Shown: positions 20,175 to 32,040 of the stretch, one piece after another | Layout of the letters: each line of letters starts with the position of its first letter | Position numbering within the stretch: position 1 is the stretch's first letter | Assembly (NCBI GenBank): GCA_008369845.1 | Contig: MRSU01002298.1 | Coordinates: 1 to 39,950, forward strand | Length of the DNA: 39,950 bases | From: Trichomonas gallinae | Taxonomy: Eukaryota | Reading direction: 5' to 3' | The notes under the pieces: model-generated | Databases searched by the model: none | What the model was told of the DNA's origin: nothing | Seen by the model: only the letters and a program-made list of their open reading frames with translations | Position numbers and translations under genes: made by a program

Positions 20175-22301
20175 TTATTTATGTTGCTTAATATTGAAGT
20201 TCTTTCTCAATACAGCGACATCCTCAGCGATATAAGGATCTCTGAAGTTCTCTGGTACATAGAATGTCGGTGCTGCTTCGCACAGCCAGTCCGGATTGAT
20301 TGTAGAGACTGTTCTCAAGTAGTCGTGGTCAGTCTGGTAGTACTCGTCGAAGATGACCCACTTCTTGTCCTCTAGCGATGTTTCCAAAGAAGAGAACTTG
20401 ATCTCAGCATTCGTCTGGTTCTGGCCAGTGACAATCTGGTATTTATCCTGCTGCCCCAGCCTTGCGACGTTCATAAAACTTCCCTCGAGCAAAGCAAAGA
20501 AAAATCTTTCCTCGAATGGTTTGTCAGGGACATTGCTTTCGTCTGCATACATATCCATGCTCTTGAGGATGCCCTTCAGCTGCGATGCTGCACGGTGGGC
20601 GTTATCAAGTGATCTCTTCTGGAAGAAGTTGTCTCTAGCCCAATTAGCAGCAGCAGCTTTTCCTTGAGAGACATATTGGTTGTAGACATCCAAAAGAGTC
20701 AAATGGTCACCGTGTGCGTTCATGAATGGCTTGTGCGCTTTCTCAGCTTCAGCTTTCTTGTTGCGTGGATGCAGGAATATCTGGCCTTGCTCGCTGAGAA
20801 TGGCGACAATTGATATGACATCTTGTGACACTCCATACTTTTTTGACGCCAGCAAAGCTTTCGCATATTTAGGCTCTACAGGCAACCTCGCCATCATCTT
20901 TCCGATATCTGAAAGTATCTGGTTTGGGTCAAGCTGAGCTATGTCCTCGACAGGTGGATTGAATGCACCGAGGTGATACAGCTCCTCCAATGCGCCGACA
21001 AGCAACTTATAATGCGGGCGATCTAAGAACGGGAAATGGACAATATCAGACACATGTGCAGCGAGCATGAGAAGTATAACAGAGCAGAGGTCGCTACGTT
21101 GGATCTCCGGGATCTGCTGCTCCTCCATCTGGTCGTACTGCTCCTTTGTATACATCCTGTAGCAGATTCCGTCCCTAGTACGGCCTGCACGGCCCTTTCT
21201 CTGGTTTGCGGCGGCCTTTGACACGAAAACTCTGTTCAATGAGCTCTTCCTGCTGCTGGGTGAGTAGCCACTCTGCTTGACGTAGCCGCAGTCGATAACG
21301 TAAACAATACCGTCGATTGTAACTGATGTCTCGGCAATGTTTGTAGATACGACAACTTTGCGGGTGCCAGCTGGTAGTTTGGAGAATACTAACTGCTGTT
21401 TCTCGGATTGGAGAGCTGCGTAAAGCGGAAATACTTCAGCTTGAACTAAATTTCCTGTAACACGAGTTCTTGAGACTCTATCTCGAAGAATTGAACATGC
21501 ACGCTCAATTTCATCTTCACCGGTCATGAAAATAAGAATATCTCCCTTTGTTCCTGGATTTTCTAAAATTTCCATACATTTGTTAACTGCTGCCGTAATT
21601 TCGTTTTGTACGACTTGTGGTGCATGGTAAACGTCGACATTATACTGACGCCCAGGTACTTTAAGCAGAGGAGGCTCGATATCGCCGTGTGTGAAGAATT
21701 TTACGAATTTTCCTGCATCAAGTGTAGCAGACATGATAATTATTTTGAGATCTGGACGTGTTTTGTTGATATTCTTGAGAATACCAATGATAATATCTGT
21801 ATTTACTGTTCTTTCGTGAGCTTCATCAATAATAACTACGCCATACTTAGATATATTAGCATCTGATATGAATTCTCTCATTAAAAGACCATCAGTCATA
21901 TAAACTAATCTTGTTATATCGGAAACTTTGTCATCGTAACGGACACTGTAGCCAACAACGCCGCCTAATGGGCAGTCCATTTCTTCAGCAACACGCTGTG
22001 CGATGCTTGTAGCGGCAACTTTTCTTGGCTGCGTACATACGATTTTTTTTCCTGTCGGGCAAATGCCTTCGTCCAAAATAAACTGCGGAATCTGTGTTGT
22101 TTTGCCTGAACCTGTCTGACCTTCGATGATAACAATCGGAGAGTCGCGAACTGCATTTACAATTTCAGATTTGTGCTCGTAAACAGGCAATCTTCTTCTC
22201 GTTTCGAGAATTTCATGGTATTTCTGGGAATATCTGTTCCCTGTATATGGATTTATCTCTAATGTCGATGGTTGGCCTGTTTGCTCGGGAAAATCATGCA
22301 T
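20175..22301 (-). CDS. PRP43: DEAH-box RNA helicase Prp43/DHX15
   Basis: N-terminal INPYTG...Y.EILE.RR.LPV typical of Prp43, plus GQTGSGKTTQIPQF, DEAH, SAT and QRKGRAGR, with HA2/OB regions. Confidence 0.92.
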   Translation of the reverse strand: MHDFPEQTGQPSTLEINPYTGNRYSQKYHEILETRRRLPVYEHKSEIVNAVRDSPIVIIEGQTGSGKTTQIPQFILDEGICPTGKKIVCTQPRKVAATSIAQRVAEEMDCPLGGVVGYSVRYDDKVSDITRLVYMTDGLLMREFISDANISKYGVVIIDEAHERTVNTDIIIGILKNINKTRPDLKIIIMSATLDAGKFVKFFTHGDIEPPLLKVPGRQYNVDVYHAPQVVQNEITAAVNKCMEILENPGTKGDILIFMTGEDEIERACSILRDRVSRTRVTGNLVQAEVFPLYAALQSEKQQLVFSKLPAGTRKVVVSTNIAETSVTIDGIVYVIDCGYVKQSGYSPSSRKSSLNRVFVSKAAANQRKGRAGRTRDGICYRMYTKEQYDQMEEQQIPEIQRSDLCSVILLMLAAHVSDIVHFPFLDRPHYKLLVGALEELYHLGAFNPPVEDIAQLDPNQILSDIGKMMARLPVEPKYAKALLASKKYGVSQDVISIVAILSEQGQIFLHPRNKKAEAEKAHKPFMNAHGDHLTLLDVYNQYVSQGKAAAANWARDNFFQKRSLDNAHRAASQLKGILKSMDMYADESNVPDKPFEERFFFALLEGSFMNVARLGQQDKYQIVTGQNQTNAEIKFSSLETSLEDKKWVIFDEYYQTDHDYLRTVSTINPDWLCEAAPTFYVPENFRDPYIAEDVAVLRKNFNIKQHK

Positions 22302-22957
22302 TTTTGTATAAGGTTAATTGTTTTCATTGGAGCAAAACTAGAAATCATACTATGTTTTCTCTCTAAATTGACATATTTATTTTTAGACTACTATATGCTT
22401 CTATCTCAAAGCTCAATTTTGATAATTTAATTTGGGAATTTATATTTTCATTATTTTAGCCTTGAAAATTCTAGAATTGTTATACAATTTTCATAAAGTT
22501 TTTATTGATCAAACATATATAACTAGATTTTGATAATCAAAGCATATATTAATTTCTACTAAAATTTAAGTCATCATTTTCATGATATGCCTAATACTTC
22601 CTATGTATATGCAAATATTAAAGAAATGAGGAAAAAAAATGAAAATTTTATTCATTTTTTTATTTTCATGCTGTAATAGCCTCTACAATGATCAGATTCG
22701 ATTTAACATGATCATAAATCGATTGGATCCGTAATATAATTAAAAATGGAATATTATGAAATATATTGGAATTTTATTGTTATTTACTATTGTACAATAG
22801 GAAAAAACCATACTATTTTGATATATTTCATGGTTATAATGTGTTGAAGTGATTATCTCATTTAAATTTCGAAGAATTTTGAAATTTTTCAATTATGTAT
22901 GGAAATGATGCAAAATATTGATGAATACAAACATAAATCTTTATACAAACAACTATA

Positions 22958-25057
22958 TTAAATGTAATCGAGACAATACTCGATTTCTTGTAAATCAAAT
23001 TTTGATAAATCGAGCAAAGCTTGTGAAACAACCATCACAGAGTATAAATGACACATTGGAGATGATGGAACATAGTATTTTCTGTCTGCGGCCGTCTTTG
23101 CAATGTCAAGGATCGAAAAATGAGCTTTTTGTTGCATAAAAACTTGAATCAGTTGATATGCAATATTATAAATTCCTGAATACTTGCTATTTATGTCAGT
23201 ATTGGGGAATAAACTTAATATTTCTCTAGTATTAGACCTTATAAACCCTTCATTAACGAATTTCGAAATTAATAAGAAAAACTCTGCGATATCTTTTGGT
23301 TTTTGCATATTCTTAACTAATTTAGCAGATAGATTCTTAAATTCCTGCCAAACAGAGTTTGCTGCGTTATTTGGAATGAAATTCGTCGATAAATTGTTAA
23401 TTACGAATTTTCCTCGGAAAATATGCTTTTCTATGCTGCAGATGATCTTTATGAAATCCCTTAAGAATGAATCCGAGCAGAGAGGAGAAAATTGCGAATA
23501 AATTGATTTGATAATATTTGGATCAGAAGAAATAATCGAAATGAATCTGGAAAGCAGCCTTTTTTCAAGCAGTCTCGAGCAAAAACGTTGTAGTCTGTTG
23601 TCTTTGTTCTCAGGAATGCAAATTCCCATTCTTGAGTCATTATTAGCGATGAAATAACCTGCATCTAACAAAGCCGAAACATTGACGTAACTGTTCATTA
23701 CATTGAAGCAATTCGTGAAGATATCAATGAATTCTGGGTCAGATGTTTTAATAATCAAAGGAAGCGAAGTTATTTTTGTCTGCAACTCAGCCAAAAACCT
23801 TTGTTCTGGATAACCTTCGCTGTCCAGCAAATCATTAAGCTTCAATTCATCAGAATAATCTAAAATCGATTGATCAATTGATGGCAAGCTAATATAATCA
23901 ATCAGCAGCTCCTCTCCTGACTTTAGGAACGGTTCAGGTATCGAAATTGCTTCTTTCTCTTCTGGTAATTCAATTTCGAATGAAAAATCAGGAATTTGGA
24001 TATCATTGATGATTTTTTCTGTTTCATATGCCATGACCTGCTCTTTTGTGAAGACAGGAAGCTCTGGTTGAAAGATAAATTTCCTATTATAAAAATTAAA
24101 TGAATCTTGAAAGAGAATCGTGCGTCTAATAGGATGGTTATAATCCAGTAGTGAAACATGAGACGTTGCAACATCAGGAACATTTATATGCGATTTAAAT
24201 TTAATTTCGTGTTTTTCTTCTGTTGTTTGAACTGTATAATCTTTTATTGTCGAAGTAAAAATTGTTGGTTCAGGCCAGTAGTAAAGGATTTTTGGCTGTG
24301 GAAACGGTGCTGCGTAGTTTGCTCGTGGAATATTATTCATTAAAATTGGAGCGTGAACGTGACGTATAAAACAGTCCAAAAACAAAAATACAGTGTATAA
24401 CAGATCCATAGAATCAGAAACAAAGTATATATTCTGTTCATCAATTTCGTGAATTGCAAAACCGAATGGAAACTGAGTTGCTGGAATCCATGTTTCTTCA
24501 CATAACGTGCTAATCGATGTATTGATGTCAATTAAGTATTTTTGGGGCTGGCTACGCTTAACTGCTTTGTTTGTTATCGTAATTTTTCCTGCAGACTTTT
24601 CTAGATTGATTTCGAGGGTAACTTGTGTGGGCGTGAGGTTTTCTTTCGTTAAAACTGATCCTTCGATAGAAAATTTCGATAATGAATCGATTTTTGGATA
24701 AAACTGCGTTGAATTTCTAGAAGTGTTCAAGAGATTTGTAATAACGGATTTTTGGTTCTCATTAATGAACGTAAAAAGGATTTTTGTGCGAATATGAGGA
24801 TTATACGGCAATAATTCTACTGTTGGCGAATGTGGGACTACTCTTATGATGTAATGAGGTATATATAGGAGCCTTGCGAACGTTTTATCAACAGATAAAG
24901 CGAAAACAAAAGGGCCCAAAAATTCAACAACGCAATTATTGACTTCTCCGTCTAAATATATCATGAATTGTGACCCATACTTGATGGTTGCGACGTCAGG
25001 AAACATTTCCTTGAACTTCAAGAAAAAACTTTGCCCAAAACCAATATTTTCAACCAT
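22958..25057 (-). CDS. Hypothetical protein with a PH-like region and two degenerate RUN-like domains
   Basis: The ORF track starts at TTG 25108; the first ATG is at 25057. RLLEKRLLSRFI...IYSQFSPLC and RKYYVPSSPM resemble RUN C-terminal blocks. Confidence 0.7.
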   Translation of the reverse strand: MVENIGFGQSFFLKFKEMFPDVATIKYGSQFMIYLDGEVNNCVVEFLGPFVFALSVDKTFARLLYIPHYIIRVVPHSPTVELLPYNPHIRTKILFTFINENQKSVITNLLNTSRNSTQFYPKIDSLSKFSIEGSVLTKENLTPTQVTLEINLEKSAGKITITNKAVKRSQPQKYLIDINTSISTLCEETWIPATQFPFGFAIHEIDEQNIYFVSDSMDLLYTVFLFLDCFIRHVHAPILMNNIPRANYAAPFPQPKILYYWPEPTIFTSTIKDYTVQTTEEKHEIKFKSHINVPDVATSHVSLLDYNHPIRRTILFQDSFNFYNRKFIFQPELPVFTKEQVMAYETEKIINDIQIPDFSFEIELPEEKEAISIPEPFLKSGEELLIDYISLPSIDQSILDYSDELKLNDLLDSEGYPEQRFLAELQTKITSLPLIIKTSDPEFIDIFTNCFNVMNSYVNVSALLDAGYFIANNDSRMGICIPENKDNRLQRFCSRLLEKRLLSRFISIISSDPNIIKSIYSQFSPLCSDSFLRDFIKIICSIEKHIFRGKFVINNLSTNFIPNNAANSVWQEFKNLSAKLVKNMQKPKDIAEFFLLISKFVNEGFIRSNTREILSLFPNTDINSKYSGIYNIAYQLIQVFMQQKAHFSILDIAKTAADRKYYVPSSPMCHLYSVMVVSQALLDLSKFDLQEIEYCLDYI

Positions 25058-25169
25058 CAACAAACAAAAATGGAATTTTATCAACAAAAAACATAATTTC
25101 TTGGCCAAAAATCGCTAAAAACTATAAAGATTTAAGCTAATTTTTCAATAACAAATAAATAAAAAATAT

Positions 25170-26735
25170 TTATTCAGGAGTGTTAAAAACAGGATTTCCA
25201 CGTGATTTCTTTTCTAGTGGAATGAGTATATTTGCTTCATCATTTGGCTTGTGTCGCTTAATTTGGGCCGCTCCGAGAAGATAAGGAGAAATAGTTTGGA
25301 TATTATTAAAAGTGATGCCAGCGAGGCAAGTAGAAAGTGCTTTTTCAGCAGATGCCATGTTAAAATCGAGCAATTTTTCAGATGCAGAAAACATTCCAGT
25401 AGAATGGCCGAGGAGATCGAAAAGACTCTTGTTGATCTCTTCGTCGATGAAATCTAGCGATTTCTCGGGAACTGTTTGGCTTGGATCGTTTGCAATCAAA
25501 CTTGAATAATAATCTACTGGTTTCTGCATTTCTTCCTCAAACATCGACCTGGAGAAGAACCTGGCGTGAAGGACAAGCTCGGGGATTGGTTGAATCATCT
25601 TGTAAAGGCCGTCATCGAGTCCAGGAAGAATTGATGACAAATCGAAATGGAACATGCGTGGTTTTAAGCCTCCTTTTGGCGAGCCAGGGATTTCTGCTGA
25701 CATGAGTTCCTGAGATGCAGTGAGATCGAGGTCCCTTGATAAAGTTTTTGATTCTGTTTTTTGTCTTGGCGATGTTGGGACTTTTGTTGGGCTTTTGCGT
25801 GATATCTGAGATGCTTTCTTGTTCGAGCGTGAAATTTCTCGCTCGATTTCCGCTTGAATTTGTAAATTAAATTGAGTTTCGTCCCAAGTTACTTCTCTGT
25901 CGAGTTCCAGCGGGTCTTCGAGATCCCAGCGTGGATAGGCCATCCTGAGCATGCTCCTGAATGGTCTGCGAATCTCTTTAGCGACTGTAGGAATTGAAGC
26001 CGTAATTGGAGTCTGCAAAACAGCTGCCATTGCTGCTTGAGACAAAATAATGTTAATATCGTTGATAGGATTGAGAATCATAGAGTCTTGTGAGAATATT
26101 TCAAGTGGATGAGTTATATCAGATAAAGATGGAACAATTGGATCGGCTTCGATATTGTTTGCAACTTCCTCGCGAATTGACTCAGCGCGATATTCAATGT
26201 CTGCCGGTGATGGACGAAGGTTTTCGTATGTATCGATATTTTGTACATCGGAAACAAGTTTTGGCACGATAAGATTCAATGACGGCTCGAATGAGAGCTT
26301 AGACATGAATCTTATGCTTGCATCTGCAGCTGCTTCGTCGATAATTGGAACAGAAGGCGGAGATTGAAAAACGCGAATTGGTTCAAAGAAATTTTGCGTT
26401 GTTTCTTCCAAAACTTTAGTTGCCGCCTTGAACCTCAAAACACTGGCCAGTTTTTGAACAGCAGCATTCGTGAAAATATCGAGTTTTTCATTTTTCTTGC
26501 TTTGATAATTGGCGGATTCCCTTACAAGCACTCTTTTACGTGCGTACAGCATCATAGAGTACCAATTTGCGCGTGCCATTGCGCGCTGTCTCTTTCTTTG
26601 TTTATTTAAAACTTCTTTTTTCGCGATAATTCTTTGATGAAGTTCTGTATTCTTTTCCCTGATGTTTTTTACCATGTCGCCGATATCAAGCGGGGCCTGG
26701 TTTTCTTGTCCTCCCCTGGAATTCGAAGCAGACAT
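25170..26735 (-). CDS. Hypothetical protein with an N-terminal basic coiled coil
   Basis: 521-aa ATG ORF with a TAAA stop. Confidence 0.85.
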   Translation of the reverse strand: MSASNSRGGQENQAPLDIGDMVKNIREKNTELHQRIIAKKEVLNKQRKRQRAMARANWYSMMLYARKRVLVRESANYQSKKNEKLDIFTNAAVQKLASVLRFKAATKVLEETTQNFFEPIRVFQSPPSVPIIDEAAADASIRFMSKLSFEPSLNLIVPKLVSDVQNIDTYENLRPSPADIEYRAESIREEVANNIEADPIVPSLSDITHPLEIFSQDSMILNPINDINIILSQAAMAAVLQTPITASIPTVAKEIRRPFRSMLRMAYPRWDLEDPLELDREVTWDETQFNLQIQAEIEREISRSNKKASQISRKSPTKVPTSPRQKTESKTLSRDLDLTASQELMSAEIPGSPKGGLKPRMFHFDLSSILPGLDDGLYKMIQPIPELVLHARFFSRSMFEEEMQKPVDYYSSLIANDPSQTVPEKSLDFIDEEINKSLFDLLGHSTGMFSASEKLLDFNMASAEKALSTCLAGITFNNIQTISPYLLGAAQIKRHKPNDEANILIPLEKKSRGNPVFNTPE

Positions 26736-27355
26736 AATTTTTGAGGGTTTAACGGAATTTTTCTCACTTTTACGGTTAATTTTTTACATTTTTTAAATTT
26801 GTGATTTTTGAATATATTATCAGATATACTTTTTATTTTTTAATAAAATTAATAACTGCTTTGTAAATTTATCTTCACATATATAATTGAGCTATGACAA
26901 AGAGAATATGAATTATCTATGATATAAGGGATTTATGTACTTAATATAAGCAAAATTTGATATTTTTCATCAAAATTGAACTAAACCAACCAAGAAATCT
27001 TCTTTGGATATAAAAAATATCCAAAATCTTTTTGAAGTTGATGATATATTTAGATCTAATCGATAACCCTCTTATGAATATAGAATTGAAATTATAAAAA
27101 TGATGATTTTATAAAAATTGATATGTATACATATAGATATTATAAAATAAATCATGATTAAAATTTTAGATTTTTAAAATAGCAAAAAAATCATAGTAAA
27201 AAATGTAATAATTATAAAATGACTTTAAATTTTTCCTAAAAATTTAACCTTTTTCTCAAAATCAAAAAATTTGGGGAAAAATTAGCGAAAAATAGGCTTT
27301 TCATAAGCTAATAATGCCATAAAACAAAAAATTTCGCAGCGTTAAAAAAAAATAA

Positions 27356-29506
27356 ATGATTGGGGAAGGTATTGATCGAGACGAGCTCGATCGCGAATTG
27401 GCGTCTCCTGATTTCAATGCCGCCATCATGGTCAACAAGCTGATCCCCAACGAACAGTCGCTTGCAGAAACGGGAAAAATCCTTTTAGATCTCAAGAAAA
27501 GAGAATATAAAATTAATCAGTCGATAAAAGATGTCGTTCGTGATGATTCAGTGCTTGGCAACAAGTCTGATGTCATTCTATCGGAAACAAAGAACTCAAT
27601 TGTCGAATTATCGCAAAAAATTCAAAGAATCTACAAACAAGCAATAGAAACAGAGAAAGTTGTTAAGGAAATCTGCGGAGGTATCAAGCCTCTCGATAAT
27701 GCAAAGATTAATTTAACAATATCTGTTCGCGTTCTTCAACAATATCAACAAATCATCGCATTACTTAAAGATTTCGAAGCAAACGTCGACGCCAAGGATT
27801 ACCCAGGCTGCACAAACGATCTCAAAGCTTTAGGTGAATTTTTCGAGAAATATGACAAATATAAAAATACTCCGCAGTTTGTACCTTTAATCAAGAGGTA
27901 CAACCAGCTGCGTGCCATCCTCAGAGACAAGATAGAGCGCGATTTCGAGCTTGTTACTGGAAGAGGCTTAGTTGATCCAAGCAATATCCCCATGTGCGAA
28001 TGTATCACAGCTTTTGGACAGGAATTCCAGGAAACCATCATCACGCTGCTCTGCCACAAGTGGCTTTACATGTATGGCGAGACTTTTCGCAACTCAACTC
28101 TCGCGGAAGCGAAAAACAGGTACAACTGGTTCAAGCAGCGCCTCGAAGTCTACAAGAAGCAGGTTGGCGATGGTTTCCCGAAGGAATGGAGAGTCCAGTA
28201 TCACATGACGATGGAATTTTGCAAATTAACAGCAGATCAGTTCGAAACCATCCTAAACAAGGGAGAACCAAGCGTCAAAGAGTACCTCAACGCTTTCGAG
28301 CTCACAGTTAAGTTCGAAGAGAAAATGGCTTCTGCATTCACACAGACCGTCGAAATCCCATGGGATCCAAACGCAGAGATGCCGGAGTTCGGTACTGATG
28401 CTGATGGCGTCCGCCAGAAGTGGGAATGGCTTCAGAGACAAAAAGATCAGATTCCAGAAACGAAATTGCAGCCAGCGACAGAGTTTTACGGTAAAATTGC
28501 TCACGCATTCGCTCCACACCTTCAGCTTTACCTTGATTACGAGAAAAAATCGATTTCAAAGATTATTTCAAGCGGAGTCGAAAACGCGAAGAAGGAAATG
28601 GATCCAGAAGAGCGCCAGCTTTCTTCTGCGACTGGCATCGTACTGAACATGAAGGCAACAATCGATAAATGCGCTGGTTTCGGTGTTGATCAATCTTTGC
28701 TGAGATTATTCGTTATGCTCAAGGAGCTTCTCATAGAATACATCGGCTCTCTCACTGGAGCCCTTCCTAAGAAGCCGTCGAAAGAAGCAGATTTCGAATT
28801 AATTTGCTGCATCGCGAACACATCTTCGTGGTTCCTTAATATTGCTGACAGCCTCGCGGACAAGATCAAGTCCATCGTTTCGGATTCACTGAAGGGCGGC
28901 ATCGTTGTTGAAGATGTCAAGGAAACAATCGGCGAAGAGCTTCGCAAGCAGCTTGTCTACTTCGTTGACGTCTTCATGAAGGAGAATGAGTACATTTTGA
29001 GCACAATTGGCTCATGCTCATGGAAACCAAGCGATGCAGATGAGAAATTGCCAAGAAAACTCATGGAATCGTTCGAATCTAGGTTCTCTGTTGTCCTAAA
29101 GTGGCTGTCAATCGACAACCTCAACCGACTCCGCAGCACTTTCGTTCAAAAACTTGTTCAAGTTGTAAGAGACGCTTTTATGCGCCAGAAGCTTATAACA
29201 CTCGACCAGGCTTCTTCCATTTCTTCATCACTAAAAGAGCTGAAATCTGTCGTTTCATACTGGACGAAGGGCGACAGCCAGGTGGTGCAGAAGAGGATAA
29301 ACGCGGAATTCCAGATGATAGAGAACGAAGTAACAATCATCATCTCACCAGAAGTCGCCATGGCACAAGTCTACGTCACGAAGATGAAGAAACCATCGAA
29401 GGAGCACTTCCAGACACTCGTCAGGATGAAAGGCCTCAAGGGTCAAGAGGAGGCGAAGGCTCTCGAGTCTTACGCGAAGGAACTCGCCGAACTTAACAAA
29501 GCATAA
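27356..29506 (+). CDS. VPS53: GARP complex subunit Vps53
   Basis: DFNA...NKLIPNEQSL, ETEKVVKEICGGIKPLDNAKINLT.S, RYNWFK, FPKEWRV. Confidence 0.92.
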   Translation: MIGEGIDRDELDRELASPDFNAAIMVNKLIPNEQSLAETGKILLDLKKREYKINQSIKDVVRDDSVLGNKSDVILSETKNSIVELSQKIQRIYKQAIETEKVVKEICGGIKPLDNAKINLTISVRVLQQYQQIIALLKDFEANVDAKDYPGCTNDLKALGEFFEKYDKYKNTPQFVPLIKRYNQLRAILRDKIERDFELVTGRGLVDPSNIPMCECITAFGQEFQETIITLLCHKWLYMYGETFRNSTLAEAKNRYNWFKQRLEVYKKQVGDGFPKEWRVQYHMTMEFCKLTADQFETILNKGEPSVKEYLNAFELTVKFEEKMASAFTQTVEIPWDPNAEMPEFGTDADGVRQKWEWLQRQKDQIPETKLQPATEFYGKIAHAFAPHLQLYLDYEKKSISKIISSGVENAKKEMDPEERQLSSATGIVLNMKATIDKCAGFGVDQSLLRLFVMLKELLIEYIGSLTGALPKKPSKEADFELICCIANTSSWFLNIADSLADKIKSIVSDSLKGGIVVEDVKETIGEELRKQLVYFVDVFMKENEYILSTIGSCSWKPSDADEKLPRKLMESFESRFSVVLKWLSIDNLNRLRSTFVQKLVQVVRDAFMRQKLITLDQASSISSSLKELKSVVSYWTKGDSQVVQKRINAEFQMIENEVTIIISPEVAMAQVYVTKMKKPSKEHFQTLVRMKGLKGQEEAKALESYAKELAELNKA

Positions 29507-29881
29507 AATATTTTTTGATCTATTTGATTTTGAAAAAACTTTGCATCTTTTTTACTCACATAAAAAAAAACCCCAACAACACCTTAATTACGCATGATCT
29601 CCAACACCTGAACATATACTATAAACAGTAAATAGCTCATGAAGAGACTTTGGATATATAAAAATCATGGTATGTAGTTATATTTTGTAGCAGAAAGAAG
29701 ATTGAGAGATTTTGCAAACAGAAAACTCTATGGAGGTGTTATGGTTTTGGTTTAGAGATGAAAATATCGTTTTAGTTTTTGAGGTGAAGAAAGTATAAGT
29801 GTTGTTAATTTATTGAGATAGATGAGCGATAAATAGTATTTAGGTGTATAAATGTGTAATAAAACAAAACAAGAAATAAGA

Positions 29882-32017
29882 TTATATTCCGGAGCTGACA
29901 GCGGACTTGAAGAACCTGTCTCTGATCTCGTTCTTTGCCTTTGCTCTGTACTGCGCGAATGTACCCTCGAACTGGATGAGCTTCTTGTCTCTGCAGATCC
30001 AGATCTGTGCTTCAATCATCTCAGCGAAGTGCTGGTCGTGAGTGACAGCGACGATAGCACCCTGGTAGCGCTGAAGTGCGAGGCCGAGTGCTTCGATAGA
30101 GTCCATATCCAAGTTGTTTGTAACTTCATCCAACAACATGACGTGTGGCTGCATCATGGCGCAAGCAGCGAGAACGACGCGTGTCTTCTGTCCACCAGAG
30201 AGAGACTGGATTGGCTGCAATGACATTTCGCCTCCGACGCCGAACTTTCCGAGGTGCTGGCGGATCTCGTTCAGCGAGTATTTGTCCTTGTACTGAGAGA
30301 GCATGAACTGGAGCGGTGTGACTCTGTAGTCGAGCTGGTCGACGTGATGCTGTGAGAAGTGAGCAACTCGAAGGTTTGCGACGCGCTGGAACCATCCGTC
30401 CTGCGGCTTCAAGTTCTCAAGAAGGATGTTGATGAACGTAGACTTGCCGATTCCGTTTGCTCCGATAATAACAGCCCTTGTCTTCTTCTTCACGACGAAA
30501 GACATGTGGTCGAAGATGACTTTGTTCGGGTTGTACTCGAAGTGAATGTCCTCGCACGTGATGACCTCTTCCTGGGCGGCCTGTGTAGACATGGAGAAGT
30601 CGAATCTGACTGGTGGGTCTCTTTTGATTGGCGTGACGATCTGTGCTTCCTGCTTCTTGATCTCCTTCATCCTGGACTGAGCGAGGGAGGCTGTGGAAGC
30701 TTTCGCACCGAGTCTCCTGACGAAATCCATCTTGTGCTCGATCTCCTTCTGCTGAGCCATAGACTGCTGCTCGAGGAGCTGGCAGCGGGCCTCGAACTGC
30801 TGCTCGAATGATGTGTAGTTGCCTTTGTACATTTCGAGCTTCTTGTCCTTGAGGTGGATGATGTGTGTGCAGACGTTGTCGAGGAAAACTCTGTCATGAG
30901 AGATAACCAAAAGGCATTGATCTTTGCATTGTGTCGTAAGGAACTCTTCGAGCCAGCAGACTGATGGGGCGTCTAAGTGACCTGTTGGTTCATCGAGCAT
31001 TAAGACATCTGGCTTGATATAAAGAGCTTCTGCGATTGAAACTCTCATTCTGAAGCCACCGGAGCATGAAGCAAGTGGGGAGTGGAGCATGTCGTCGGAG
31101 AAGCCTAAAGCTGTCAAAATCATCGACGCACGGGCTTCTGCATCGCGACCACCGATTTCTTCGAAGCGTTCGGCGCATTTTACGAACTCCTCGTGAGCTT
31201 CTGGTGTATTCTCTTTCTCGAGCTTAGCCATTTTCTCCATTAACTCTGTTCTTTCGAGATCGATATCTAAAACTGCCTGTAAAACAGTTCTGTCGGAAAT
31301 TGGAGCTTCTTGCTCGACGTGAATGATGAGCATATCATCGGGAACGCCGCGAAGTAATGAAGAATTGACGTATTTCATGAAAGTTGTTTTGCCGAGGCCG
31401 TTGCGACCGACAAGGCCATAGCGATTGCCTGGAGAAATGATGAGGGAACTATCTTCGATAAGTGTGTGTGGTCCAATGTTGACGTTGATGCCTTTAAGAT
31501 TGAGATGCTTTGGATTGCGAACGAGAGGCCTTCTGAAACCGAGGCCTTTCTTGAACTGTGCGTTTTCGCGATCGTTTGCTGCGAGGCGCTCTTCGTTGAT
31601 TCTCTCGATGATGCCTTCCTCTCTGCGGAGATTTCTCTTGTAATTCTTTGCCGTGACGTCGTCTGCGAGAGCCTTGACTGTGCCGACCTCAGTCAGTTGG
31701 AGTCTGGCCATAGCCAGCGCATCAGCTTGGAATGGATCTTCAGCGAATTCAGTCATTAATGAAGACATAATAATTGGCTGTGTAACTTCCATTTGTGGAG
31801 CTTCTTCCTCGTCAGTCTTCTTCAAGTGGAACAAAGCTGTGCACAATTCTTTGCAGTCTTCCTCGGATTCTGCAATATTTCCGATATCGAGTAACATAGG
31901 TACTGCAATCTCGCAGAATTCATCTGCAGACTCAGTGGACCCGGCAACTTCGACTAAGTATGAGACAATCGACTCATCGGGGACGATACTAGTCAGCTGG
32001 TCGGTCAATACTTCCAT
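29882..32017 (-). CDS. GCN20: ABC-F family ATPase, Gcn20/ABCF3-like
   Basis: Two NBDs (GRNGLGKT/CSGG/LDEPT and GANGIGKS/LSGGQ/LDEVT), no TM domain, and a Gcn20-type N-terminal domain (DESIVSYL). Confidence 0.85.
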   Translation of the reverse strand: MEVLTDQLTSIVPDESIVSYLVEVAGSTESADEFCEIAVPMLLDIGNIAESEEDCKELCTALFHLKKTDEEEAPQMEVTQPIIMSSLMTEFAEDPFQADALAMARLQLTEVGTVKALADDVTAKNYKRNLRREEGIIERINEERLAANDRENAQFKKGLGFRRPLVRNPKHLNLKGINVNIGPHTLIEDSSLIISPGNRYGLVGRNGLGKTTFMKYVNSSLLRGVPDDMLIIHVEQEAPISDRTVLQAVLDIDLERTELMEKMAKLEKENTPEAHEEFVKCAERFEEIGGRDAEARASMILTALGFSDDMLHSPLASCSGGFRMRVSIAEALYIKPDVLMLDEPTGHLDAPSVCWLEEFLTTQCKDQCLLVISHDRVFLDNVCTHIIHLKDKKLEMYKGNYTSFEQQFEARCQLLEQQSMAQQKEIEHKMDFVRRLGAKASTASLAQSRMKEIKKQEAQIVTPIKRDPPVRFDFSMSTQAAQEEVITCEDIHFEYNPNKVIFDHMSFVVKKKTRAVIIGANGIGKSTFINILLENLKPQDGWFQRVANLRVAHFSQHHVDQLDYRVTPLQFMLSQYKDKYSLNEIRQHLGKFGVGGEMSLQPIQSLSGGQKTRVVLAACAMMQPHVMLLDEVTNNLDMDSIEALGLALQRYQGAIVAVTHDQHFAEMIEAQIWICRDKKLIQFEGTFAQYRAKAKNEIRDRFFKSAVSSGI

Positions 32018-32040
32018 CGAGGTCGGATTTTAAAAATTTT

